A stretch of 64,000 nucleotides of DNA from positions 12,710,001 through 12,774,000 of the forward strand of contig NW_027361688.1 in NCBI RefSeq assembly GCF_039654945.1, in the 5' to 3' direction. This stretch comes from Dendrobates tinctorius (Eukaryota). The notes under the pieces were generated by a model, which searched no databases, had not been told where the DNA came from, and saw only the letters and a program-made list of their open reading frames with translations. The position numbers were made by a program, and so were the translations under genes. Shown piece after piece: positions 11,955 through 26,200 of the stretch. Numbering within the stretch: the first letter of the stretch is position 1; the number at the start of each line of letters is the position of its first letter.

Positions 11955-14900
11955 TCATTCAATGTTCTTGTACTTTGTAAACAGGTTGTATAACACTCTC
12001 ATTGTGGACTTTAAGTCCAGATTTACGATGTCTGCAAAGAAGAAAGAAAAAGAAAAATTAGATTTTTTTTTATTATTATTTATACATTGGAGCTTAAAGG
12101 GGTTGTCTAGGACTTAAGGCATTAGTTTCTGATAGGTGTGGATCAGTCAGCCGACACCTTAATGATCAGCGTCCAGGAGCAATCTATAGTAAAAAAAAAA
12201 AAAAAAAAACGGTCAACAGATCGAGGACACAACAGCGCCGTGCACAGCGTAGTGGCCGTTCTAAGGTATCGCAACATAGATCCCATTCACTTCAATGGGA
12301 GCTGAACTGCAGTAGCTGAGAACGGCCACTACAGTGCATATGGCGCTGTGGTGCCCTCGCTCTGTACATTGTTTACTGCTGGTCCCTTGTGTACTGCAGG
12401 ACAGGGTGGGTCCTCCAGAACAGGAGACGCTCTTTGTAACCACTCTACACTCTATAAAGCATTGAATTTTCTACAGCGGACCATAAAGTGCACTTATTCT
12501 ATCAATACACTATAATTTTTTTTTATATTACTACACTAATATATATATATTTATTTATTTGTCGAGAATAGAGGGAAAATTTTTTTTATAAATANNNNNN
12601 NNNNNNNNNNNNNNNNNNNNNNNNNNNNNNNNNNNNNNNNNNNNNNNNNNNNNNNNNNNNNNNNNNNNNNNNNNNNNNNNNNNNNNNNNNNNNNNNNNNN
12701 NNNNNNNNNNNNNNNNNNNNNNNNNNNNATATATTATATATAATTTTTATTTTATTTTTTGTATATTAACGTTATATTTTTTTCATTTTATTTTTCTCCT
12801 CTATTCAAAACTATTTTTTTTTTTTTTATTAGTTAAACATTGGTACTCCTCTACAGATTTCCCCTGACCACAAGCCCTACTAGAGCAAATAGGCATATCA
12901 GAAGGACTCTCCTGCGCTATCAGAACGATTCCCGTTCGGTCATCTGAATTTTCACCATGTAATACCACAATTCGCCAGAAGTGGCCGCTGTAGCGAAAAA
13001 AGCTCAGCCACACTAGGAGTCGATCAGCTGATCGCAGATTCTTTAAGGGATTTTCTTCATTGAGAAGACAGTTCTAATAGATTTGATTTTTATTCATTGA
13101 TCCCTGTGACGGACAACTCCTGGCCCAGCGTCATCGCGACTTGGACAAGGTGAAGGTTATTCCGTTATGTAACCCTGACAACAGATTGAACCAATCGAAT
13201 TGCTGTAAATTTAGTATCTCAAGGGGAATAAAAAAAAAGGAAATGGAATTGCCAAGCTTTTGCTGTGAAGAGCGAAGTCCATTATCACATTGATTTGTAA
13301 TCCTCGCCACCTCAGGGCGACGTGCAAAAATTAGAATAATAACCCCAATTTACAGAGTCATTTTATTCCACGCCAGGAACAGAATACTGACAGATATCGA
13401 CTTGCAGGGAGATTAAGCTCTGGCCTTGCAAATGATGAGAGATCAAAAAACTAACTGTCCTTGAGATTCTTAAAGGGTACAACAAAAAATAAATAAAATT
13501 ATATATTTTTTATGAACAAAAGCGCCTCCTTTGTCAGCAGGTTGTGTCAAGTATTGCAGGTCAGCTCTTTCGATTTGAATTGAACCGAGCTGCAATACCA
13601 CTCACAACCTGTCAATAGGGGTGGCGCCGTTTTGGAAAAAATAAAAAATAAATCAGCCAAGTATCCCCTTTAAAGTCACCATTCTGCATCCAATATACTA
13701 GAATATTTGATAATCTGGCATGTATACGGTCTTATTGATATTAGCTGTAAAGAATTTTTCCGCTTGTAATAATCCATACCTTCTGGTCTTGCTTTTGGCT
13801 TCTTGAGACCTCCATCTTCCATCAATTCAAAAGCAAAGATCACATTGTGGACCTGCAACAAGAGACCCTCATTGTAAATCACAAGATAAACAAGGATACA
13901 TGTCCAATCCTGGAATCCATTTCAGAACATCTAGAGCCATAGATTGCATGCACTAACAAAGTCAGGCCTTAGAGGGGATGTCCTTTTTGCAACAATTATC
14001 ACCTGACAGATGGCAAATGTGTCACTGATGATATTACCAGTCAGGGATTCCTGCTTTCCTGTCTCTAAGCATAATATAGTGGATATTATAAAGAAGTACT
14101 GAGCAGTTGTAGCTGTGAATCCAGCTCTGGAATGAGAAACACTTACTAGAAAGAAGAAAAAAAAAAATATTTCTCTAGCCGCACTTATTTTGTCCCAATC
14201 CTGGAATACATCTCAGACATCTAGAGCCATAGATTCCTTATATTAACTAAGTCTCGCCTTAAAGGGGATGTCCCTTTAGCAACAACTGTCATCCGACAGG
14301 TGGCAAATGTATCACTGATGGTATCACCACTATCACAAGTCAGGAATTTCTACTCTCTTGTCTCTATGTAGCACATAGTGGACATTATATACAAGTACAG
14401 AGCAGTTGTAGGTGTGAATCCAGCTCTGGAATGAGAAACACTTACTAGAAGGAAGAAAAAAAAACAACTTATTTCTCTAGGTGCACTTATTTTGATCCTC
14501 CTCTCCTCTCTAAATATAGACTTCTACAGACAGCTATAATCTGATCCCTCAGTGATTTTCAAAGTGAATGATGAACTCAAAAAGGCAGGAGGGAATGTGG
14601 AATGAAGTGGCTCATAAGTGGAGAAAGCAGCACATTTCTCTGATAAGATGATATATTAAAGTTTCGTATAGCTTAGTATTGAGCTACTATGTATAATCAT
14701 CAAAAATAGAATATATATTACAAAAACAAAAAACAAACACACACTTGGAACATACTACCAAACACAACCTAGAATAAAAAGGAAACGCTAGTTTAAAAAA
14801 AAAAAAAATCAGATTAATTACAGATAAAGCTGTTATTTTCCTGCCAGCGCCGCATGGCACGAACCGTGAGGAGTCGACTAGGTGGCAAAGTCTGAATATC

Positions 14901-15783
14901 AAGGTAGACAAATTAAAATGTCACCTTTGGATTTATGCAAGTTTGATGCAGAATGTTAAGCAAAAAAAAAAAAAAAAAATTCAACAATTACGGGAAAATA
15001 TTTCATTTACATGTATAATTTGTTTTACATATTTCTAAGAAGTGTTTGCAAAAGATGTGCACACAAGAAGTCAAGGAAATTGGCCTTTTGGTACAAAACG
15101 TTTGACGGGTAATTACGAGCAATTTTGCTAAAATCAACCCTAAATTGCCTTTAAATTGGAGCCGTCATCTCTCCTGTCACATCTGTTTTAGTTTAGAATT
15201 GTAAGCCAAAGTTCTGGAGCATGTTAGGACTCTACATCGTGCCGACCCTCTGCTGTTCCTCCTAGAAATGTATAAATAGACAACTGGGTGTTACCAGATG
15301 GGGGCGTGTCCTTTACATACTGTCCAATCAGTGTGTAAAGGACACAAAGGACACGCCCACGAGGAACAGCAGAACGTAAGTTATTTTAAAAAAAGCTCCG
15401 GAATTTACATTTCAAGGAGAATTCAACTATTCGTAGACCCGATACCCAGATTTAATCAGAAAAATAAAACTGTACTCCCCATAATGAATTGTGGGCCATA
15501 CAATTAGATCAATAAAAGCACACACCTCTCGCCTTTATCTATTCTTTGTGTTGTAAGAACTTGCTGATGGTTTCCAAAAAATAAAATCCAGCAGAATTGT
15601 GAATGTGAACAATGCAAGATAAGTCAAAGTTACCGTACTCTCTATATCCGGCTTACCTTCTGATCAAAGTCCTCAGGGGTCAAGAAGAAGTTGTGCAGTG
15701 GGACGAAATAGTTTTCCAGGAGTCCCATGAGGAGGACAAGGTAGACGCCATCGGCAAACTAGGGACAAAAAAAATAAACCCAG

Positions 15784-15836
<53 letters not shown>

Positions 15837-18800
15837 TATATATATATATATATATATTTATTGTTAAAAATATATATTAAAGGGAATCTGTCACCCTTTT
15901 TTTGGCCTTTCACCTGCCGGCATAGACATCGGGGGCTTATCTACAGCATTCTGTAATGCTGTAGATAAGCCCCCGATGTAACCTGAAAGAGAAGAAAAAC
16001 ACGTTATATTATACTCACTGAGCTGGGCGGTCCAGTCCGATAGGTGTCGTGGTCCCGTCCGGTGCCTCTCTTCTTCATGCAATGACGTCCTCTTCTCCCG
16101 CCCTGTAATGGCTCCGGCGCAGGCGCACTGCTCTGCCCTGTTGAGGCCAGAGCTGAGTCCTGCAGTGCGCAGGCGTCGGGAGAGGTCTGGCGCCTGCGCA
16201 CTGCAGAATTCTGCTCTGCCCTCAAGAGGGCAGAGCAATGCGCCTGCGCCGGAGCCATTTCAGGACGGGAGAAGAGGACGTCATCGCATGAAGAAGGGAG
16301 GCGCCGGACCGGACCGCAACACCCATCGGACCGCCCACCTCGGTGAGTATAATATAACGTGTTTTTCTTCTCTTTCAGTTTACATCGGAGGCTTATCTAC
16401 AGCATTACAGAATGCATTACAGAATGCTGTAGATAAGCCCCTGATGTTCTTGCCGGCAGCTAATAGGGGAAAAAAGGGTGACAGATTCCCTTTAATAAAA
16501 TTCCCTGCTCAAAAAAATAGAGAAAACACGTAAACAACATCATGTAACTCCAAGTCCATCACACTTCTGTGAAATCAACCCGTCCAGTTATGAAACAACA
16601 CTGATTGCACTGTTGTGCAAATAGAAATGATCGGCAATTAGTGAGACACCCACTATAAAGGAACGGTTCTGCAAAGGGTGACCACAGACCATTTCTCTGT
16701 TCTCATCCTTTTTGGCTGTTGTTTTGGTCACTGTTGCATTTTGTCATTGCTCTCCCCCCTAGAGGTACTGTACAGTAGCATGAGGCGGTGCCTATAATCC
16801 ACAGAAGTGGTTCAGGTAGCGCAGCTCATCCAGGATGGCACATCAATGCGAGCTGTGGCAAGAAGGGTAGCTGTGTCTGTCAGCACAGTGTCCAGAGAAT
16901 GGGACAGATACCAGGAGACAGGTCAGTACACCAAGAGTCGTGGAGGTATGTGTGTGTTTTATATATGTGAACTCAGTCATTTGATTGCAATACTCAAATG
17001 CTGCAGTTGTAGATTGACAGCAGCATCTAATTGGTTAAAGTAGCAGTGATTGAAGCAGGTGGTCCAGTCCTAGCTAATGGAGGCAGATGCTAGTGACTCC
17101 CCCCCCCCCCCCCCCCGGTATACGGTCAACTCTGGAGCCCACGTCCTACTGCTGAACCCCACTTGTGATGTACATCTGCGAACGTGTCAGGATGGGTTAA
17201 AGAGCACGGAATGTAAGGGAAGTGTCAGAATCTTTAAAGGGGCCTGTCCAGCATGTGTGATCGGTCTCCGAGCCATGTTTTTTGTTTGTTTTTTTTTACT
17301 TAATCCTGGCCAATCCCTTTAAGTCCATGCTCAGGGCCTGGAGTGCAGGGACGGCGACGGTACCTGTGTCTCCAGTTCGGTGACCTCCAGGTTCAGCTTG
17401 TTTAGATGCTTATTGACAAACGTGATCAGCGACTGCAAATAAAGCGAAGACGTCACAAGAGCGTCCACGATCCCATCCGGACCGACGTCAGGAACCACAG
17501 AGCACTCACCTTCTTGACAACACTCAACTTATCAGGAGCGTGGTCGAAGAGGGTGTCGAACGCGTCACGCTCTGAGAGGAGAGATACGATGGCACACTAT
17601 TATAAAAAAATAAATAGTAGGCTTGCTGCCTTTTTACAAACAGCGCCACCATTGTCTACAGGTTGTGTCTGGTATTGCACCTCAATCCCATTGATTTCTA
17701 TGGAGGTGAACTACAATACCAGACACAACCTGTGGACAAGAAGAAAGCGGCCAGAGCTCTAGATCTCCAAATCCCCCACAAAGAATATAATTAACGTATG
17801 TATTTGTCTACCGGCAGCCATCACTAGGGGGAGCTGGAGCGCTCACTGTATACAGTGTTATGATAAATTCTGTCTGCTGGCGCCATCACTAGGGGGAGCT
17901 GGAGAGCTCACTGTATACAAGTCCTTCTAACACTGTCTAGATGGCCCCCTCACCCTAGTGCACCATTCACTACATAGCAGGGGTCACACATGCGCCCTAT
18001 CGGACCCCCTAAACTCATAGCAGTGAATCCACTGTTATCACTTCATTAACTCAAGCGAATTCATAACCCCCCCGATCTCTGGATCAGCGGGGGGGGGGGT
18101 CCCAGCATTCATAATCGATCATACATTTGTCACTGTGGATGACCCCTTTAAATAAATACTCGGTGCTGCGGCGGACCCCTACTTTTTCCCACTGTCAGGC
18201 AGATACTGGGAGTTGTAGTCTCTCAAAATGAGATATGGATGAGACACCGAGAAGGGCTTTAAATATGACGATACTTACCGAATTTTCCCATCATCATCCT
18301 AAAAGAAAAAAAAAAAAGAAAAGTCAATTAGAAAAAAAAAAAAAGCCATATTGGCTGCCACATTCAGACTAGACGTGTCCGGCTTCGCACAATACACTTG
18401 CACTGAGCGAGGCTGCTCATGTCTAGTCGGCATGTGACTTCATGTCTGAAAAAAAAAAAAAAAAAAAATCACAAACTTGCCGTCACGAGCCCGCCACCTC
18501 CTCACAGTGCATGAAGATTCACTAGTCTGCAGTCACAAACTTTTCCCCAAAGGCCAGACAACCCCTTTAAAGGATACTTCACCTTTTTTTTTTAACTTAC
18601 CTGAATGTATTTGGGGCTAAAGATACATTTCATAACAGTTTCTTATTAAAACTTTTGCGCCGTTTGCCTTCTATGTCCTCTGTACAGTACTACACCAAGA
18701 TGGAGTTTGTAACTCTTATCTGTCATTTTCTGAGCTCCTCTTAGTTGATTTATGACCGCATCAAAGTTCAGCTCAACTTAGATGTGGTCTGAGGTCACAA

Positions 18801-20241
18801 ATTAACACAGAGGAGCTCAGAAAAAAAAAGACAGATAAAGGAGATCAAGCCTTAGCAGAAAGAGCTCACTGACAGATTCTCAGTTAGCTCATTTTGCAGG
18901 CAAGTGTCCAGTTAAGTGTGGATACGGAGCCTCGGCTGGCTGGAGATGAGTTAAAAAGCAATTATATTTTAGTCACGTCTCATGTTATCAGGACGTAATT
19001 TTCAGGTCGTCAGTCACGGCGAGAGCCGTTATTATATATTTCTAATACTCTGTATAAGCAGAGCCAGCGGTGTACATTCCTGCTTTACAAAAAACAGCGC
19101 CATCCATGTCCACAGGTTGCATGTGGTATTGCAACTCAGCCCTATTCACTTCAATGGAACTCAGCTGCAATACCAGAGACAACCTGCATATATGTGGTGG
19201 CGCTGTTTCTAAAAGAAAGCAGGGTAATGAAAAAAAAATGGCATCCTGGTAAGCAAGCAAGTGGCCACTTTTTGAGTGTGGCTCAGGAGTAACGATTTTT
19301 GGCGGTTCAGACAACAGCCTGGCTTCTGGTACAGCGTGAAAGTGCGGCGTATTTAGGAAGCGCTCACTCTGTCGTGGTTGTCAGTTCCTCGGTCACGTGG
19401 GTCGTCTGCAGGAGGCCTTCTCGTTTCTGAAAGGCAAGGACAGGAGATTCGGAATAGAAAAAAAAAAAGTTTTGAGATTTCCTCTTTATAGAGGATGGCA
19501 CGGCCGCTTTGTTTTCAGAAATAGCGCCACCCTTGTTCACAGGATGTTTCTGGTAATGCAGCTCAGACCCAAATGAGGCGAACAAAGCCGAGCTGTAATA
19601 CCAGACGCAACCTGTGGAGAGGGGTGGCGCTGTGTGGGGAAAGAAGAAAACAATTCTGACCCAGAAACCACACGGAATGACCAATTGAAAAACAATTTAA
19701 AAAGTTTAAAAAAAAAAAAAAAAATCAGCTGTAGGAGCAGCGCTGGGATATCGGAACAGCGCTGGGATCGGACTGCGGACTTGCCGCCTGGGGTGAAGGT
19801 TTTCTAATGTGAAGCTCTGCTGCCATCTAGTGGCCATTTAGGAAAATTGTCTGCGCTCATTAAAATTATCAAACCGACTCGCCCCCGATAAAATTTCACA
19901 AAAAAGTTGTAAACTAGTGTGTAATGGTATATGAAACGCAGATGATGGGGGAGGTATGAGGAAAAAAAAATAATATTATATATAAAGTCTTACCTTTACC
20001 ACCACCACCTGCACACACACATGTTCAGGTAGTCGTATAGGAGCTCGGAAATGCATGGCCAGCGCTACTAGAAGGTGCAAAATGGCAACCAGGTTTTTTC
20101 CATGTATCGCTGGAGGTAAGGAATGGAAAAAGTACGTTATAATAATATATTACAAGTTCTCATTCTGTAATAAGCTAAGAATGCAAGACTCCTCCATCAA
20201 CGTACCCCCCCCCAAAATAAATATGTATATAATTTTTTTTA

Positions 20242-20278
<37 letters not shown>

Positions 20279-23200
20279 TTGCAAGTTAGTAGAAAAAAAA
20301 AGGATCTCCCACAAAGCCTAGCCTTGAGCTGGGATTCATGGGTGTACAAAGATGGCGGCATTGGGGGCTTTTAATATGGCCCCAGCTGGAAGGGCAACAC
20401 GTCGGTACCCTTACGATTCAGTGCACATGGATCGCAATTATTTAGACGCGCAGTGAAAGATTGGCAGTGGCATCTAAATGGTTAAATGGCAGCGATCATA
20501 TTTAGCTCTGGTCACTGCTGCTAGAGGCTGGTGCTGGCTGTATAATACAGCCGCCGCCATCCACTGTGTATAGTGCGGGCTCAGCTGCTGAGCAGGCTCC
20601 ATACACCTGCACCCAACCCAAGTGTAATGACCCTGACAACCCAATGGCTTGAGTGAGCAGGGTGCAATGCTTAATTTCTCCTGTAGGGGTGCTGCAGTTA
20701 AATTGAACACTTGCGCCAGTTTTCTCTCACAGCTGATCACTGGTGGTCCCAACAGGAGGACACTGATCAACTTAGCAGATCCACTTACAATCGACATTCC
20801 AGCGTATGGCCCACCCCTGCGGTCTCAGAAATTCCTGTATATCATCCAGGATGGTCTGAAGCTTCTGTTTTTGTCCGATCTCAGACTGCGTCACCTCAGC
20901 AACGCTCAGTTTTCGGTTTGCCAGCTTCTCTGAAAAAAATTAAAAAATAGGTACAGGTATCAGATTTTTTTTTTGCCTGCTGTAAACGCAGCTTTTCTCC
21001 TGAATCCGGTGATGTTTTTCTTTTCTTCCTGCTCCTCTCCGTTCCCGAGATATGACCCCTTCTTCCCTGTGTAGAAATCAAGTCTTGTTAGCCAAGTGGG
21101 AGTTACCAAGGAAACACCTGCATGAGAGTTTAAGACCACTCCCACTTGGCTGATAAGTCTAGTTTTAAATACAAGGAAGAAGGGGTCATATCTCAGGAAC
21201 TGAGAGGTGTAGGAACAAAGCAAAAACATCACTGGATTCAGGAGAACAAGAACGATTATAAAAATTAATTTTTGGCATGTGACAGGTCCCCCCTTTTTTT
21301 TTTTTTTTTTTTTTAATACGGCTGAGCTGCAATACCAGCAATGGACAAGTGTGACAACTAGAGATGGGCGAACCCGAACAGTAAAGTCCGGCGTCCGTAC
21401 CGAACACTGACTTTCACCAGGAAGTCTGTGCTTCTGTTCGGGTTCGGCTGCCCGAACACCGGGTGTTTATCACGCTGTCATGTGCATGGCAGCACGGCAA
21501 ACACCGCCAGTCAGAGAACTGCAGTTCCCACGCTGTCAAAAGACAGCGTGCGCGCTCAGCTGTGATCGGAGGTATAAAGTTTACCTCCAGTCACTGCCGT
21601 AGGCTGATGGGACTACTGATCCCATCATCCGACACCTGCTGCCGCTTATAACAGCAAGAGCAGGAGCGGCTGATGGGTGTATTCATCAGCTGCTCCTGCA
21701 CGGTAAATAATTTAAAAAAAAAAAAAAATATGACGTGGGTTCCCCTGTATTTTTGATAACCAGCAAGGCAAACTCACAGCTGGGGGCTGCAACCTTTAGC
21801 TATCAGCAAGGCTGGTTATCAAGAACAGAGGAGTGCCCACGCTGTGTTTTTAAAATTATTTAATGGCAACCAGCCAAGCTAAAGCAGACAGCTGGAGGCT
21901 GGTATGCTCAGGCTGGTAAGGGGCCATGGATATTGGACCCCCCACAGCCTAAAAATAGCAGCCCAGAAAAGGCTCATCTATTAGCTGCGCCAATTCTGGT
22001 GCTTTGCCTGGCTCTTCCCACTGTCCTGCAGTGGTGGCAAGTGGGGATCATATTTGTGGGTTTGATGTCAGGGGACATCAAACCCACGGCTTAGTAATGG
22101 AGAAGCGTCTATAAGACACCTATCCATTACTAATCCTATAGTTACATGGTAAATAAAGACACAGCCAGAATAAAGTCCTTTATTAGAAATAAAACAAAAC
22201 ACACTTTTACTTTTTTAATTAAAAATAACAAACACAGTTATACGCACCTAACGCCTAACTCCATTGAAGCCCTCATTCTCCTGTAATAAAACTAAAATAA
22301 AAACAATATACCATACCTGTCCGTCGTTGTGTCCCACGCGGTAATCCATGTCTGGGGATAAACAGTTTTCAACCTGGACAGTGCCAAGATTCGACCATCC
22401 AGGATGAAAACCAGTGAACTGCTGCGAGCGCAGCGTCAGTGACCGGCGGTGACATCATCAAGGTTACCTCCAGTCACTGAGGCTGCGTTCCCAGCCGGGC
22501 TGAACTGCTGTGACCATAGTGAGATCCCTGCTAGCACCGTGAGAAAAACTCTCACCGACATCACGGCAGTTAATTATTTATTTACAGCGCAGGAGTAATG
22601 AATACTCCTATCCGCCGCTCCTGCTCTCACTGTTATTAGCGGCAGCAGGTGTCGGATGATGGGATCAGTAGTCCCATCAGCTGACACCGGTGAACGGAGG
22701 TAAACTTTATACCTCCGATCACATCTGAGCATTCACAGAGTGGAAACCACGGCTCTCTGACCGGCCATAGATTTAAGTGGAAACTGTGCAATACTTCCAT
22801 TTTTCCTGTGGGGGAGCTGTAGAAAAAATGGAACACTTACTGATGAGTTTCTCCGAAGATTGCAGCTCATTTCTTAGTTAAATAGCCATTGAAAATAAAG
22901 TGGGAAAAAAAAAAAAAAATCCCACATCGTTCCCACATTAATTAAATAAGTTGGTTAAGCTCCGCATGGATTTATAAAGAGCAGCGGCGACTTCCGCAGA
23001 TTTAAAAGTAATTTAATTTGGACTTAACCTTTAAGGAGGGCAAAAAGGAAGGCGATGCATAATTAAAGACCATAATTCCATTCCATCCGGCTAGATTAAA
23101 TCCCAGGTGTAGGTCATTGAAATTAATTAATGCTTCCGGAATGGAGAAACTGGAGAAACCATTTTCCATGATCTCTGTTTGGTCCCTGAAAGTTATTGAC

Positions 23201-26200
23201 TACAATTAAAGGGATTCTCCATAAATAAAGTACTGATGAGCTTTCATCAGTCATCATATCAGATTTTTTGGGGTCCGACATCCCTAGTGATCTGCTGTTA
23301 GATACAGCAGCAGCCATATGTATAAAGAGTTCCATACACCATGTAGTGGCCGGCCCAGTTGCTATCAAAGGATCTGAACAGCAGTATCCAAAAATGACCA
23401 CTAGTTTACAGTACTGTGCCATTCTGGTTCTGTATCTGTGTATTTCTAATGGGCAAGTACTGGAAAATAATAATAATTAAAAAAAAAAATTAAAAAAAAT
23501 CGGTAGGTATGTTGGGTGGTACTAGGTCATGACTTCTGATGGTCTAGGAGGGGGGGTACTGTTATTCCAAAAAAGTTATGCAAATTACGGCAATTCTCCT
23601 TCAGAAGAAAGAAGGAGTTCTTTCTAGTGACGCCTACTGGAAGTAGGAACGCTATAAAAGTCAGTGTTCGACCCTTTAATGAGCCGTGCTTTCCAGAAGT
23701 GAACAGAAACCTGGCTCTATACATAAAGTAATGCAACTACAGTGTATATTGGTATTATTTGAGCCCCATATTGCGGTATTTATTTAGCCGCTGTTATACT
23801 ATACCGTATGTGCAATGTTTGATGGTGGCGGCACTGTATAGCAGTATTATTTAAGCAATTGGAACAGAAATTTGTCAAAAGGAGCAGGAGCACAAGGCTC
23901 CAATAAGGTGAAAACCCAATACTTTCTAGGGACATTTTTCTGCCCGTTACCACCCATTCTTTGCAGCAGCCATAAAGCGTACACACCCCGCTGCACACAT
24001 CCATACAGGCAGTTTATAGTTTTAGTCACCTAGGAGCTTCTGTAAGACCTGTCCGTCGTAAAAATCTTCCTCCAGGTTCTTCACTATTATCCGCTCCTCT
24101 ACAAGGACTTCATTAATCCAGTCTATTAGGACCTGCGGAGGCAGGAGGAAGTTATGGAGGGTGCATAATCATTAAACAGAAAAGAAGTCAGTCCGCCATC
24201 ACCCTTAAAGGGAAGCAAACCTGTCATTTCAGCTAACTGTTCAGCATGTACGTACATGAGGAATAACGCTGATATATGACTTGTCCCTTCCATTTTTCAG
24301 TTGTCTCTGAGCTAGTGGGTAGAGATTAACTGCTATGATGTATTGTATACACTGCACACAAAGACATGAGGGATTCCTCCTCTCCTGTCTCTATTTAGCA
24401 CATGTCCAGAAGCAGCGTGGAAGACATTATACAGTAGTACTGAGCAGTGTAGCTGCGAATCCAGTAAGTAGCATCATAAAGGACATCATACAGTACTGCT
24501 GTACTGAGTAGTGTAGCTGCAAATTTAGATAGTAGCAGCATGGAGGACATCATACAGTAGTACTAATCAGTGTAGCTGCGAATCCACGAGAACATTATAC
24601 AGCAATATTGGGCAGTGTAGCTGGGAATCCTTCTACGGAGTGAGCTAAAAAAAGAAAAATGTTACACTTGTCATTTCTGTTTTCTCTATGGATTTTAAAT
24701 CCTTGAGCTCAAATGAAAACTTTATTTAAAGGGCAACCATTCTTTTAAGTAACTTTTCAGAATAAGCTGCCCTGTGTATGTACATTAGGAATAACTATTC
24801 CTAGACATTATATGACTTCTATCCTGCATTTTCACAATTTTCATTTCCCCTTAAAAGCACTGAGCTGGTGGTGTTGGGGGACAAGCTGCTATATTATCTC
24901 CATTCAGAGATAGATTCCTTATTTTCATTTTTACTTAGCACACAAATAGACGCAGCAACATGGAGGAAACTATACAGCAGTACTGAGCGGTGTAGATGGG
25001 AAACCAGCCTGGTCGCTTTCTTCAAGTAACAGCGCCACCTTGGTACACAGGTTGCATGTGGTATTACAGTTCAACTTCAATTATGTCAATGAGGCTCAAC
25101 TACAATACCACAAACGACCTGTGAGGTGCTATAAAAAAAAAAAAAAAAACAGTATAAAAGATATATTGCTCTGACCTTTATAAGCTCCTTAAATTTTGCT
25201 TCTTCTTTGGAGTTTGGGTCGATCATGGTCCGCTCCTCATTCTCTTCTGTGCGTTCAGAAAGTGGAGAATCGGTCAGAGACATGACAGAAGCCTCAATGT
25301 TAATAATAAGATAGACGGATATAACAAGAGGAACACAAGATGCCCTTGGAAAATACTCATCAAGTGACTCTGAAGTCATTACGTTCCATCCTGGAATTTA
25401 TCAGTAATAATAATAAAAAATGATACAAAAAAGGGAAGTAAAAAAATTTAAAGGGGATAGACTTTCAATAAATCGGGGGGAGGGGTCCTGGAATTGTGCT
25501 GACTGCAATTCAGTCCCATTCAAGCGAACGGGATTGAGCTGTAGTACCAGACACAGCCACTATCGAAAGGGTGGCGCTGTGTTTAGCAAACAATGGGATG
25601 CACAGTATTGCATATTTTAAAAAAATATATCCTCTGATGAAAATGGGAATATCCCTTTAAGAAAAGTAAATAAAAGCTGCCATTATAAAATGATATTGAG
25701 GCAATACTGTACCGAGCAGGGTGTCCTCCGGGTGGATATCAATGGTGCTGGGTGACATCGGGGCGTTGATGGCGTTTCTGCCTTCATCCTGGAGATCGCT
25801 CACTAGGCAAAAAGAAAAAGTATAGACTGTGTTCAGTTTGGGTACGCGGAGGTTTATACAGATTCCTATAGGAATCCCATTTATTGCGACGACCATTAGG
25901 GCCCATACAGTATGTAATACGGAGCCCATGCCCTTGCTGTATTGCGGAGGGAAGCCTCATGATTGCACCAAAAAAAGTCCATAATCCGGATCCTATTGAT
26001 CTAGCGCCTTACTCCGGAGCGTGGCATTGGCAATAATCCATTCCCAATCATTACCCAATCCTACAAACCTGGCTTCTCCTCGGCGACCTCCTTTCTGCGT
26101 TTCCTACACAGGAGCCCGGACATGGTGCTCCCAGATTGGGGTCAGCAACGTAGAAGAAGAGGAAAGAGCAGGGGTCGCAGATTAGAGCCGGGTTATTTCT

